Source: Nageia nagi
Lineage: Eukaryota > Plantae > Pinophyta
Assembly: GCA_050084985.1 (NCBI GenBank)
Contig: JBITNC010000001.1
Span: 80,724,001 to 80,788,000, forward strand
Direction: 5' to 3'
DNA length: 64,000 nucleotides
In this document: positions 50,487 through 63,310 of the stretch, one piece after another
How the letters are laid out: each line of letters starts with the position of its first letter
How positions within the stretch are numbered: position 1 is the stretch's first letter
Translations under genes and position numbers: made by a program
Notes under the pieces: generated by a model
Databases searched by the model: none
What the model saw: the letters and a program-made list of their open reading frames with translations, nothing else
Told to the model about the DNA's origin: nothing

Positions 50487-52085
50487 GGTGCACAGTTCTT
50501 GATGAGTGCAAAAGCACAGCTTGAAAAGCATGTGACTGGGCGTGGGGTCACTTAGTCAAATTTTGGAACATCCTTCTTCACCTCAATTTTGGGCGCATGG
50601 ATCTGGATGAGTGCTTGAGCACAACCTTGAAAGCATGCGACTAGGTTTAGGGACAAGATTGAAATGCCTTAGCCAAAAAAGGCTACCTGGGTGCACAACG
50701 TCCCACAAAACCTCTCCTCTTACTGGTCGCACAGTTTGGAATGAGTGCAACAACATGCATGGGAAATGGTGCGACTAGAAAGGGTTGGCAAAATCTGAAG
50801 TGAAGTAGTTGAAATGACTAAGGGGTGAGGTGATATTTATAAATGCCCACACTGCCACGTGTCACCTTCGGGTTGGTCAGTCTGGGGTTCAAATAGTGGA
50901 GCAAGGACAAGGGTGCATGGTTTTTGATGAGAGCAAAAGCACTTGATGAAAAGCATGCGACTAGTCTTCTGGGTACTTAGCCAAATTCCAAGTTGTTATT
51001 GAAGTTCAATCCTTGGTTGCACTATTCTGGAGTGGTACTAAAGCATGCCTCTTAATCCTTGCACCTGGGGTTTGGCACGCTTCCGAAGACTAGAATTTCT
51101 GAAAATGGATTGAAAAATGCAAGTCTGCCCTAGGTTGCACGTTTTGGGAGGGGTGCTTTTCTCCCTTAGTCCCATGCTCTGCTCTAGACAAGTTTGCAAA
51201 CTGAAATAATGGGGCTGACTTCCCTTTTATAGCCCTCTTGGTGGGATAGGTGTCGACATATGGTAGGTGCTGAAGAAGGTCCAATGCATGAGTTTCCACT
51301 TGTCACCAAACCGGGTGTGACACTTAGCCAATTTTCGCTTCATGGATCTAGTCGCATGGTTTTAGATGGGTGCAAAAGGACTCATCCAAAAGTATGCAAC
51401 TAGTCTTAGTTGCCCCAAAAATGGCTAAGTTATTTTTCTCCTTGTCGCATGGATCTGGATGAGTACAAATTGCTCAAAACATGCGACACCTTTGTGACCT
51501 CAAAAGTGACTAAGTATGAAATTGCTCCTTGGTCGCACCCTTTTGAGTGAGTGTAAAAGGACTCCCCTAAAAACATGCGACAACCTTCCATGCAACAAAA
51601 ATGCTAAGTATGAGGGGGTCTTCACCTTGGTTGCACCTTTTTGGGTGAGTGCAAAAGGACTCCCCAAAAAACATGCGACAACTTTCATGATCTCCAAAAT
51701 TGCTATGCATGAAATTTCTTCCTGGTCGCATCGTTTTGGGTGAGTGCAAAAGGACTCCCCTGAAAACATGCGACAGCCTTCCATGCAACAAAAAATGCTA
51801 TGTATGGGGGGTCTTCACCTTGGTCGCACCTTTTTGGGTGAGTGCAAAAGGACTCCCCTAAAAACATGCGACAGGGTGAAAAAGTTTGGTTTTCCTTGCA
51901 TTTGGACTAAAAGACAAGTACATGGAATGCAAAAGAAAAGAGTGATGAATTCCTACAGCATGAAGACCTTTAACAGTGTAATTCTATGACATGAAATGCA
52001 AATGACAATGATGAAAACGTAGAAAAAGGCTAGTCGCATGGTTTGAAAGGAGTGCAGAAGGACTCACTGAAAAACGTGCGACAAG
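50487..52085. repeat. Array of about 13 palindromic ~50-bp units with variable spacers
   Basis: gtcgca..tttt(g)ggtgagtgcaaaaggactcccc.aaaa.catgcgac at ~50487, 50591, 50725, 50911, 51350, 51443, 51531, 51629, 51724, 51822, 52032 and more degenerate copies. Confidence 0.85.
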
Positions 52086-53223
52086 CTGAAAAGTGTAATT
52101 CTGACCTGACTCTACCAAAAAAAATGCAGTTAAAACATGTTTCCCGAAGCTAGACTAGAACATATGCATTCCCTTTAAGTGAACTATTTTCATGCATTTC
52201 CTTGTTACTGCTTTGAGGGTCCTCAAAATGCAAAAATTTTGGGGGCTGTTGTGTATGCACAACACACCTTATCTAGGTGCTTCAGGTGCCATTAAAAGGG
52301 TGTTAGAAGGCAAGGGATTTTGGCCCCTTCATACCCTCTATTTCATGATAAAAAAGGGGTTATCAGTTTCTAACCCATGACCTTGTGCTAAGTGCTTGGT
52401 GTCCATTCAATTCAACTTTTTATTGGTGGAGGGAATTGGAGGCCCCCGAGTGGTGTTGAATGCATCCTCTAAATATGGATTTTGCCCAACTTATACACAG
52501 ATTCCCAAGTTTGATTTCAATTTCAAATTTTTTAATTTTCTTCCTAGAAAGTTTTTGGCATATATTTGATTGTGTTGTTTTGTTTACAAAGCATGCATAA
52601 ATTCAGAATTGTGAAAAACCGACTCCGCTTAAGACTTTCAAGAGGAATCTGAACGTACAAGAGATTTATCAAAGTTTATAAGAGAGGCTAATTTCTCAAA
52701 AATAGGGATTTTACAGTAACTTGGTCACATGGAAGTGGAATTGGATTAAATTTAGGGGGTCCCTTAAGAAATTCAACTCCAAAAAAGCTGGCTAGACAAA
52801 ACTACAATATTCATGCTAAGAAGAGAGAAATTTGGGAAGTTTGTATAATGCCCTTGATGAACAAAAACGCCACTAGGGAACTTGTTAATGAACAGGAGGT
52901 GAAAGTAATCTTAATCATAGAAGTAAAACTGAGGTTTGCAATAACTAGGCATAACTTTGACTTGGGTGAAACTCTCCAAAAAAAAAATCTGTTAAAGTTC
53001 TGATGTTTTTAAATAACATGGTATAATTCATTACTTGCCAAAGAACTTGGCATAAACTTGCAAGTTAGTTAAACATTTCCAAAAACTTGGTCAACCTCAA
53101 AAACTTGTATTGAATGTGAGTACTCTTTTTCATCAACTTGGCGAGATTCCTCATGTTTACTCACCATATTCATAGAGTATGACAACTATGATCTTAATCA
53201 TGTGAATTAGAATTGATATCATG

Positions 53224-54300
53224 TGGGAATCAGTTGTGGGAAACTGTGATGTTCCAAATGAACACTCGTACCAAATTAGCCAACGAGGCTCAGTTAGGGG
53301 TTCCCAAACCCCCAACTACACAACCACCACTCAACGTTGGCCCTCTAGGGCCCAAACACACTCCCAAGGCTAACGTTCTCCTAGGGTCTCAATGACACAA
53401 CAGGTCCAACGAATGCTCACAATGACAATTATGCAACCTTGCAACATCAATAGACCATATATATTGGAAACCCAACATAAACAGGGTCTAAACTCAAACA
53501 CACGCACAAGTACACCAATCGCACAACACAGTAAGACAATGGATTTTATTGATGATCTCCCAAATGTGCCCTAAGGCCAATACAATGATAGCTGATCACA
53601 ATGTCACCCAATCGGAACCATGGGACACACAAACCCCCTTAGAACTCAGATCCACTCTTGCGAAGGAGTCTTCTCAAATCTTGGTAAACCATTGAAGGTA
53701 GGGATTGGCCCTCGGATGCCACCGGATGGGTTAGATGCTCCACCTAACCGTAGATGTTCGGGATCCCTTAGCCCTAACACCCTCTAGATGCTCCTCCTAG
53801 GAAGATACACTCAGCACCGCCAGGCTTGGGTAGTCACACGGACCAATAGTAGCAATAAGCAATAATCAATAATTCAGCTATCATCCAAATGAGCTCCCAT
53901 CGAGTATTTATAAGCTCTAGTCAAATAGTCCACCTCGGAATCACCATAAGACCACCTATTCCAACGTTGGGCATTTGGAGGGGCCTAATGACTTAACGCA
54001 CTGTCCCAAAGTGTCAATGCAAGAATATAAGCCATAAGTGCCAACGTGGGATCCCAGTCACTCCTGAAATCCAACGTGGGGTTCCTGGAAGCCCAATAAG
54101 CCAAGGTGGGGGTGTGGGGCCCTTCCAGAGGTGATGCTAGCATGACGTCTAGTTTGGAATGCTATAGCTCGTTGGGATTCCCACAACTCGGGATCTCCAA
54201 CCTACTAAACATCAACATGACTCCTTAAGAGAGAGACGTCCCACTAGGGGCTCACATGTGGGGTCCACATGACCCAGTATGTCTCTTGTCTTAAGCTACA
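53224..54300 (-). mobile_element. Probable solo LTR
   Basis: GC-richer block ending gctaca; tatttataag TATA-like motif at ~53905; TSD not clearly resolved (tcatg/acatg). Confidence 0.5.
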
Positions 54301-57300
54301 ACATGAACATGACTACATACAAGGGATATCTCTAAGATATCTACTTGACAAATACAAATTGGCACTAAAGTACAAAAAGAATATCATAGAAACAAATGCA
54401 AACAAAAGCCAATGAACAATAATCATATCAAAATAGCCTTGATGAGGATTGTTATATCCATAGAGCACTTCGTATAAGCATCCGAAAGTGGAGAAGGAGA
54501 TATTCACAACATAATGTAAAAGTCTGCAAATGAGGGAGTAACTTTGATAACAATAAGAAGAAGATGATTAGATCCTTTCATTGATAGGTGAGGTGATTTA
54601 TTGATGAAGTAAATGAAATACGACTTAAATATGGCTCCTAAAACTCTTCTGATATGCCAACATTTAAAGGTAAAGCTAAGAGTAAATATATGGAACATCT
54701 GGTGAATACTCTACAAGTTGGAACTTACAGCCTTGGCCTAAAAATGACCTTGGTGACTTATGAAAGAGGTTCTACAACCAAAACATAGTTCAAATCATAA
54801 AAAAATAAAATATTCCAGCAAGGTCCTTATCCGATTAGTAAATGTATGCCTAAATGCTTACGACCAAGAAGATAAGGCCATGCTATCTAACAACATATGT
54901 GGAATTATAATAATGCCACTTGTAATCTTCATATTCCCACTTGTAATCTTCATATTCCCTTCATAGTCATTGGAAACTTTGATTTCTACTCTTACTGTAG
55001 GAAAAAAATTACTGTGAAAAGAAGATGCTCAACAAAATGAATTCTGTCAAAAGGCAAGCAAGAAACAAGAGAAGCAAAGGAAGGATTAGTAACAGATAAA
55101 ATGGATCATTACTGCTTTTGTGGGAAGCAAGTCTATACAGCCTGAAAAAAGCAAGTGGTGATTTTGCAATTCATGGTTTTAGTAAATATGATACTGGTCA
55201 ATGAGAAGATTGACATGGATGATATGGAATTAGATTATTTGAATTATCTCTTTATAAATACATAGGTTTTTTCTCAATAGGGGGATCAGTCAAGGGTTCG
55301 CTCAACATTGAATACCATCTAAAACAAATGTATTGCTGGTTTTCTTGCTTTACAGGAGTGATGTCAGCTTGATGGAGTAGAAATTACGTTCTAGATTTGC
55401 TACAGAAAAATATTAACATACTCATCTGTTATATTTCATTCATAAGTAATGGAGTTTACTTCTTATTAACAAAATTCTGAACTTTGCCTGGTTTGGGAAG
55501 GGCTAGACATCAGAAGTATCTAATTGAGAGGTTTTTGGATGACTTGGATCAGAAGTATTGTTGTCATCTATGTTAGGTGTAGAATTAAGACCTAATGAAT
55601 ACAAGTGTCCTAATTGTCAGGGGTCCCAACAGATATAACACATCATTAAATGTAGGTTGTTGAGAAGGAATTAGTTTCATTCTTTCCTCCTTAGCATACA
55701 AATAGGACTTTGTTGATGTAATTGGATGCAATCATGTTCTAGGCACTGAACTCCATGATATAGTCTTCTCATTTCCCAGTATTTTTAGATTTGATTAACT
55801 CTTATGTAGAATCTGTGACACCAACAATCTTAAGATTTTGCAGGCCTATGTGTTATCATTGCCATATTCATGGATTATAACGTCCAAGGAATATTGGAAC
55901 ACCATGGATTGCTAAGTTTATATCATATCCATAATTTGTTTAGTAATCATGATTGCATCGTCCTTGCCACTTGAGGAATAGATGTGACCAATAGTACCAT
56001 TCCATGTTAACTAATAGCGTTCCCTTTGCTTCCTTAGTCTTACCACATATGCAACTTCAATTTACTAGCCAGAATGGTTTGCGTAAATAATCTTGTAGTT
56101 TTGGTCTGCCAATGAAATGGGCTATTGTTGATTTAGGATGCTTCAAGCCGATTTGAGCTTAACTATTGGTAGGACAACTTTTGGAGGGCATAACTTTGCA
56201 TCTGTATGCCCTGTTCACTCTATTCAAAACCAACAAAAAACACAAGTTGTGTAGAATTCTGTGAAAGAGTGCTAAACTTTGTCTTAAAAAGTTTGACATC
56301 TGAAATCCACTCTGACAAGACCGAAAATTACAAATTAATGAGAATGTCCAGAAAAAAGGATCAGGTCTCATCACAAAAGGACAAAAACTGCCCATACTAC
56401 CTTTTCTTCAGTATGAAATTGTTACCGAATGAGTGTGAAGCTTGAAAAACCATTTATAAATATTTTGTAACTGTTGGAATATGATTTCCATTGTTACTCA
56501 ATGAACGACTCTTCATTTCTTTCAATAACTGTAAATAAAACATTTCATATTCTGCAGGCACAAGTTCCAAGGATCAAGCATCAAATCCCTCATCAGCGAG
56601 CTATGCAGTTATTCCACACCTCTCCACACTGATTTCTTGCAAAAGACATCTCTCTTTATTGATATACCCTATAACTACAGAAGATATCTCCCCCATAACT
56701 TGAATCGGCTCCTATATGTCTTTTCCACATTATGTCATTCTTCCCTACCCTTATAATAGGCATTGAGTTGTGAATTCAAGCTTATATGTTTTTTCCTAAA
56801 TTGCTCTTTGATTTGTGTCTATAATTTGAAATCGCTTCTGCCATCTTCAGCTCTCTTGAATATAGGGAGGTCCCACAGACTACTGGGATCTGAATCAATT
56901 TTGTTGCACCGATTCTCCATCTACTAGCTTAAGATAATCATAAGACTCTATACGTTTATCTCTTGTGCCATTCATCCTCACCATCCTTTGAACTTCTAAA
57001 ACTTGAGAAATTACATCCTCACTGGCAGCATTGTTCTTCAAATCAGTGCAATATTTTCTTCCTCATTTGATTGATATCTCCTTCAATCCTGCATTTGTCA
57101 ATGCTGTGTAATTCGTGAAATTGTGACTTCCACTTATGACTTTGTCTCATCAAAATGTCTTTTGGTTCGACTCAGCTTTGGTTCACCATTCTTATCCGTT
57201 GTTGAGGTTGCCACAAGGCTAGCTTTTCCAATCTTTCCTATAGTTTTGTTGATCATTATGTTGATACCCGAACCATACCCATTTCTGTATTTCTTAATTG

Positions 57301-57706
57301 CAGCTCTTTTCGTCATCATGGGATTGTCCATCCGTGGTTGGGGATGTTTGAATCCCTGTCCCATAACTCCGTCTAGTCTAGATATCATTATAGATTGAAG
57401 AGATCATGAAATCCAAAGTTGGTAAATTGGTTGACTGCAACATAGCTTCGTTCTGAATGTCTTTTTGACATAGATGTTCAAATTTTAACTCTGATTAATA
57501 TTTTGTTGTTATCATAGTGATAAAATTTATAGTCTTTTTCAAAGGAAAAAATAATGAATTTGATTTTTTGTCAAAAGTTTGGTTCCTTAATCAACTTGCC
57601 ATGAATACTATGGACTATAAAACATAAGTATGGGTTCAGACTTTGTTGCTTCAGGCTCATTTCTTTAGTGCTATCTCAATGAAGTTCTGCATGCTTTTGG
57701 GGGCAG

Positions 57707-57784
57707 GATGTGGACTGTTTTTATGCGCAAGCAGAAATATTGAGACAACAACACTTGATAGATCGACCAGTTGGAATTACACAG
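57707..57784 (+). CDS. POLI: Y-family DNA polymerase (Pol iota-like), coding exon 2
   Basis: cag|DVDCFYAQAEILRQQHLIDRPVGITQ|gtgatt; joined to exon 1 it gives the IMS/UmuC motif RIIAHFDVDCFYAQ. Confidence 0.82.
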
Positions 57785-58349
57785 GTGATTTATGTAGCCT
57801 GCATGGAGCCTATGCTTTTCCATTGAAATTTATTTTGCGACAAAGTTAGTGAATTATTTTTTCCAAGATTCAAAAATAGTTATAAAGGGAAATAATCAAG
57901 TACAGCATTCTACTAAGTGATTTGGCATGATTTTTCAATTTATTGAATATGCTTGCATTACTATTCTTGTCCATTTTTCTTGTATTTCATGGCATCAGCA
58001 TGTACATAGCTAAATTTACAAGAGAATATTTCCGATTATAAACATAAACACATGAATACTTGCACATATTTCACATACATGCCATTTGGATTATCTGAAA
58101 TACACTATAAGAAATTGCTTATCTAAAGATATGGACATTGCATGCAAGTATGAGACTATGAACACCTCTACTACTGTCAAACGAAATGTCCATGGTTCCC
58201 TAGAATTCTTGGTTCTTTGGATTAATTACGCCGAGCGACATCCTATAGTGGCAGCCAGGAGAGATACCTAAATGTCTGTCCCTTAAACATTTTTTAAAAA
58301 TAAAAAAATAATTTAACCGACTAATATATTTCAACAAATAATAAAAGTT

Positions 58350-58753
58350 AATATGGCGAGGAGAGTGGTTACAGTCGAGTTGGGTGTAGGGATATTCTGG
58401 TTGGCTATGTTAAAACTCACAGTTGTCAAATCCCTTTTTCCTAACATCACACTCCACTCTAGCCCTCCACTCTGTAACCGACATATGAAAGTATTTCATT
58501 AAATAATCGAAATCTATACATGAAATTATTGGAGAGTTGTGATTCGACAAATAATGTATATGTGCACCACGGAGTCTCTGGCTGCAATGGCGAGGATATC
58601 AGCACAAGACACAACTCCAGGGTATTCTCTCTCCAACTGCAAGTTGATTTCATACACCACATCGAACCCTCTTAAGGAATTATTATTAGGGCATGCTGTC
58701 TTCTCTCCTCTAAATGTGGGTTTGTAGTCCAACGGTATAGAGCCATTGCAGCC
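58350..58753 (-). pseudogene. Class III peroxidase pseudogene (exon 2 58753-58562, partial exon 3 58471-~58350)
   Basis: [27 protein letters not shown]....[22 protein letters not shown] (192 nt, typical exon-2 size; donor reads AT instead of GT); exon 3 SGGLEWSVMLGKRDLTTVSFNIANQNIPTPNSTVTTL, truncated. Confidence 0.9.
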
Positions 58754-59167
58754 CTGTTATACAACATCAGAAGACGAAAATGGACTCAGATGACAGAAAT
58801 CTCTGGGATGGACCACTATTCCTAGAGATACAGTAGAAGCACTTGTAGCCAAATAGAAAACAATGTGGTGGAAAAAGAAGCGGAAGGCTGTACATATATA
58901 CAAATTCTTCCTGAGATAATTTAGGGCAATAATTTAGCAGGTGTGCACCAGACAAAGCTGAACCACTCTTCCACTACACCTAAACCTTAGTGTTTTTGAT
59001 GTGTACCACACCAACTTATCTATAGAAACGAAGCCTTCTTTATGTTGGTTTTCTCTTGGAATGGTCTGCCATTGGGTGGCATGAGACACATCAAGAAGTG
59101 ACAATTACTTCTTCGATTTCACACTTATTTTAGGCTGTATTATTGTGTGAAAAAAGCCAACTACAAC

Positions 59168-60165
59168 TTGTGTTCCATGGGGATGCGCATTGGCCCTTGG
59201 AACCCTTGCACTCCTGTTTTGGCCGTTTTGGGGATGGATACGAAACATTTCCCCACCATCCCTTTCAAGTGAAAAACAGGCTGAAACGTTTTCCGAATTA
59301 GGGGTATGCCCAACCGCCCCCAAAATGTTTGGGGGACGTTTGGGCGTCCCCCAGTGTCCCAAAGATGCCTAGGTGTCTCGGAGACTCCTTGGCATCCTGC
59401 GTCGAGGGGACGTCAAGCGTCCCCCACATGGTTGGGAGACCAATTTTTTTTTATGATTTTGACAAATGTTGCCTTAAGGTTTAGTGTACTATGCAAGTTC
59501 AATGCTAGAAACATTCACAATAACTACAAAATTGTGAAAATGTTGTACAAGCTACAAAATTAAAAATTTCAATGCATGCAACAAGTCTGTCAATTGGCAA
59601 TTGCCATTTGCCACAATCTATAATATAAACAAACAAGTTGTCAAGTATGAGACATTGTTTACAAGTTTACAATTGTTACAAACTTACAAACAAGCATACT
59701 GTTACAAGTTTACAATTGTTACAACTTACAAACAAACATATTGTTACAAATTTACAAACATGCTTTTACACTTACAACTACAAGCATACGGTTACAAGTT
59801 TATAAAATACAAATAAACATACTATTACAAGTTTACATTGTTACAAGCTTATAAATGTTACAAGTTTACAAATACTCTCATATATAATATATGTCTATGA
59901 TAATGAAATATGATTTGAATTTCTGAATTTCACATGTTTGACAATTTGATTATATTTGCATTTTGATTTTAATGATTAATTAAAATTTCATAAGAAAATT
60001 TAAAAATAAATTTTTTTAATACTTTTTATATGTATTTATAATTTTATTATATTTTAATATTGCTGTACCCCAGCCATACCTAAAATTGGCCCAAGCCGTA
60101 CCAGACTTGGGGATGTGTCCTACCGTACCGCGCTGTCCTCATCCCGAAAACTTCGTGGAACATAC
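59168..60165. mobile_element. Non-autonomous DNA transposon/MITE (hAT-like)
   Basis: Terminal inverted tgttcca.../...tggaaca; GC-rich subterminal ggggacg/cgtcccc motifs; internal ttacaagtttacaa repeats 59655-59870. Confidence 0.6.
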
Positions 60166-60478
60166 ACTAGAATGGAAAACTATAAATTAGAAGAGTCGAT
60201 AGTACAAGTACATGCCAAAAAACTATAGTAGTACACTTGCATGAAATGGAATCAGAATATTTTTTAATAGTAATACAATTGAATTTCATTGTTTAATATT
60301 ATAATTTTTATATTTTTAATGTTTTGGAATAAAAATATTCCTTTAATAGGTTATGATTATTTCAAATTTGTAATTTAATTTTTATTTTTTTTGAAAAATT
60401 GTTATGGAAAATAAGTATAGAATGTTCTTAAATTTCTTTAGTGAAAAGTATTCTAAAATATTTTTATTGGATTTAAAA

Positions 60479-60639
60479 CTAGCTTAGATATCTTAAAGAT
60501 ATATATTTAAAAATGCCGAGAGGTATCAATCTCGAGGTGTTTATCTTAGAAATCACTCTTCCAAGAAAAGGAGATAGATGCCTCGAGATTGATACCTCTT
60601 GGCATTTTTAGATATATGTCTGTAAGATATCTAAGCTAG
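60479..60639 (+). repeat. 161-nt imperfect inverted repeat (~69-bp arms)
   Basis: ctagcttagatatctta...gagaggtatcaatctcgagg pairs with cctcgagattgatacctct...taagatatctaagctag. Confidence 0.92.
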
Positions 60640-61559
60640 GATGGTTGGATACAATTTCCCAAATTAAAAATTCAAAGTGGCTGCTAAATTACACTTTATT
60701 GTAACAATCCTTTGTTATATCATGCTTCTATAGAGTTTTTGAATGCATATAAGGTCATGTAACCTAAATCTCCTAAGGTGTCTCCCCTCATTGACTGAGC
60801 ATCACATGGACCACCTTTTAAAAATTAAGAGTAATACAGTGTGACAACATAGCACCAAACTCAGACAAGGCTGGATTGGTAAGCTGAATTTGAGTAACTT
60901 TATGAATTGCATAAGACATATGATATGATTCTTCAACAAGATCTGTATCATTAATTAAGAATGTTTGCATTTAAAATCAATTATGTATAGTCATATATTT
61001 TATCCTTATCTAATGCATTAAGAAATTGCATTATACAGATTGATTATTTGACCCATAGTTTGCACAATTCATAACACTTATGCTGCCATGCCTACTGCTT
61101 AATTGCATGGTTGAACAACATTTACATAATTAAAAAAGGATGAAAACTTCATGAATTACGCTTCTCCAGAAAGCAAACAAATGCGGTTAAGCATTCTAAC
61201 ATACATGGGACAGAGGAACTCAATGTGGAGAAACACTCTTGGGGAAGAAAGCTTCGTGAGGTGGTTGGAAATTGTAATTTAGTCGAAGCTTGGCTAGTGA
61301 TGCATGTGAAATGAGCATAGTGCTAATTAATCTTTCAAACGTGAGAAGGATATTGCTTCTCAGGGTTGATCTTCTCAAATTGATGGAAATGTTTTGAACT
61401 GAAAGGTACCGTGGCTTTAAAATTTAGCATTAAAAAGTCACATGTTTTCCGTCTTGACCTGACATTCATTACTTGAGACTCGGCATGTTTATCATATGTT
61501 CAAATATTGTAACATTCTTCTCACCTGAAGTAATATAAGATGCATTTTTTAAAAGCGAT

Positions 61560-62660
61560 GTATTAAGGGTCATTAACCAGAGTTTGCAAGAGAAAGGAAG
61601 GGGAAAAGTTATCCAGAAGTTTTGGAGGATTACGAGGGTACTTAAAAGTTAAAAATAATCTTAAACGATGACATATAATAATATTTTAGCAGCTCCACTG
61701 GTATGAGACAACATGATTCCATTTCACCAGCGCTGTTTATTATTATGGCGAAGGCCCTCGGGGAAGATCTAATACTGAAGCAAGGAGACGGATGCAAATC
61801 ACAGGCCTTTAGATAAGTAGTAAATTGTCCAACCGTACACATATACAATTTGTTGATGATACTTTTCTTCTAGGAAAGGCATCAATAGATGAAGCAAATG
61901 CCTTGAAACAAATTCTGGATCGATTCGAAGGGGCATCTTCCCAATCTATCAACTATGAGAAGACTGGATATACTTCATGAATACCCCTGTGATGAGGCAG
62001 AACAGAATTAAAAATATCATCAGCTGTAACACGGATAATCTGCCATCCTCATATCTGGGTTTACCCCTTTTTGAAGGTCAGTCCAAATCATCCCACTGGG
62101 GCATAGTTGTAGAGAGACTCCATAGGAAAATAGCATCATGGAAAAGCAATTTCCCAAGTCAAGCAGGGAAAATAAAGCTTATTCAATCAACCCTTCAAAG
62201 TTTTCCAATCTATATGCTATCCATGTTCAAAATATCAGCCAAAGTGGAGGATAAACTTGAGACTATCTGCAGAAATTTCTTATGGAATGGCATTGAAGAA
62301 AGAAAAAGATATCATCTATTGAATTGGGAAACAGTCTGTCTTCCTAAGTCTTATGGTGGATTCAAGTCTCAAGAATTTCAGGATACTCAACAAAGCACTG
62401 GCAGCAAATTTAGTATGGAGATTAGCTAATGTAAATGAAGAGCTGTGGGTGAAGGTCATGAGATCTAAATACCTTCAGAATAAGGAGTCGACTTCCATAC
62501 TTAGAGATAATAACATAGTCGGAAGCTCAACTGTTTGGAATTATATGCAAGAGGAAATCAATTCTATCAAGAACAAGATTCACTGGAAGGTAGGGAATGG
62601 CACCAGAATTGACTTCTGAGAGGATAAATGGCATGGTTTAGGACTCCTTAACAACCATCA
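61560..62660 (+). pseudogene. L1-type LINE ORF2 (reverse transcriptase) fragment
   Basis: GMRQHDSISPALF, QFVDDT, INYEKT, YLGLPL, LIQSTLQSFPIYML, NWETVCLPKSYGG, VGNGTRIDF*EDKW; frameshifts present. Confidence 0.9.
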
Positions 62661-62669
62661 GACCAATCG

Positions 62670-63310
62670 GATGTTTCCTTTCAATGATGAGATCTCCTCT
62701 TCAACTTAGCTCAATTCTTCATTGGGCTGTTTAATATCTTCGATGGACAGCCTTACCAACTCCTGATAAATTGCAATGTTGATGACTCAGAGGTGGAGTA
62801 TGGATGGATGTGTCTTAAATTCTTAAAATCTGCTTCCATATTTGCTGTACACTTTGATCTTTTGAGCAGGCCCCTTGAGGTGCTGCATCACAAGCCATGA
62901 TTTGTTTTTGTTGGATCTGATTTTTTATTCAAACTGATCTGATGTTTCCTTTGAATCATGGGATTTCTTCCTTGAATGGGCTCAATTTTTCATTGGGCTG
63001 TGGAGAATCTTCCATGGATAGCCTTATCAACTCTTGATATGTTGCAGTGTGGATGACTCAGAGCTGGTGTATGTATGGATGTGTTTTAAACACTTGTTCC
63101 TTATTTTGCTGAATGCTTTGATCTTTTAAGCAGGCCCTTTGCTTTTGTTTTTGTTGGATCTGATTTTTCATTCAAACCAATCTGATATTTTTCTTCAATG
63201 ATGGGATTTCCAACTTGAAGGGGCTCAATTCTTCATTGGGCTATATAGAATCCTTCATGGACAGCCTTATCAATTCCTTATGTTGTATGGACAAAATTAT
63301 CAACTCCTGA
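62670..63310. repeat. ~250-270 bp tandem repeat, ~2.5 copies
   Basis: gctcaatt.ttcattgggct...ga.agcctta.caa recurs at ~62710, 62980, 63222. Confidence 0.8.

Larger units (their letters stand above)
45261..52250 (-). mobile_element. Truncated LTR retrotransposon (probably gypsy): ~1.6-kb LTR-like segment, accessory ORF and repeat array; no gag/pol seen
   Basis: LTR-like 45261-46882 followed by PPT-like cttggaggagacc on minus strand; long broken ORF; palindromic repeat array; orientation and ends uncertain. Confidence 0.6.

Noticed and set aside
50487-52085. CRISPR or integron attC-like array
   Set aside because: Spacers are irregular and partly homologous to each other; no cas or tyrosine integrase; context is a plant TE.
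55560-57390. PIF/Harbinger or CACTA transposase
   Set aside because: No DDE motifs or terminal inverted repeats could be identified.
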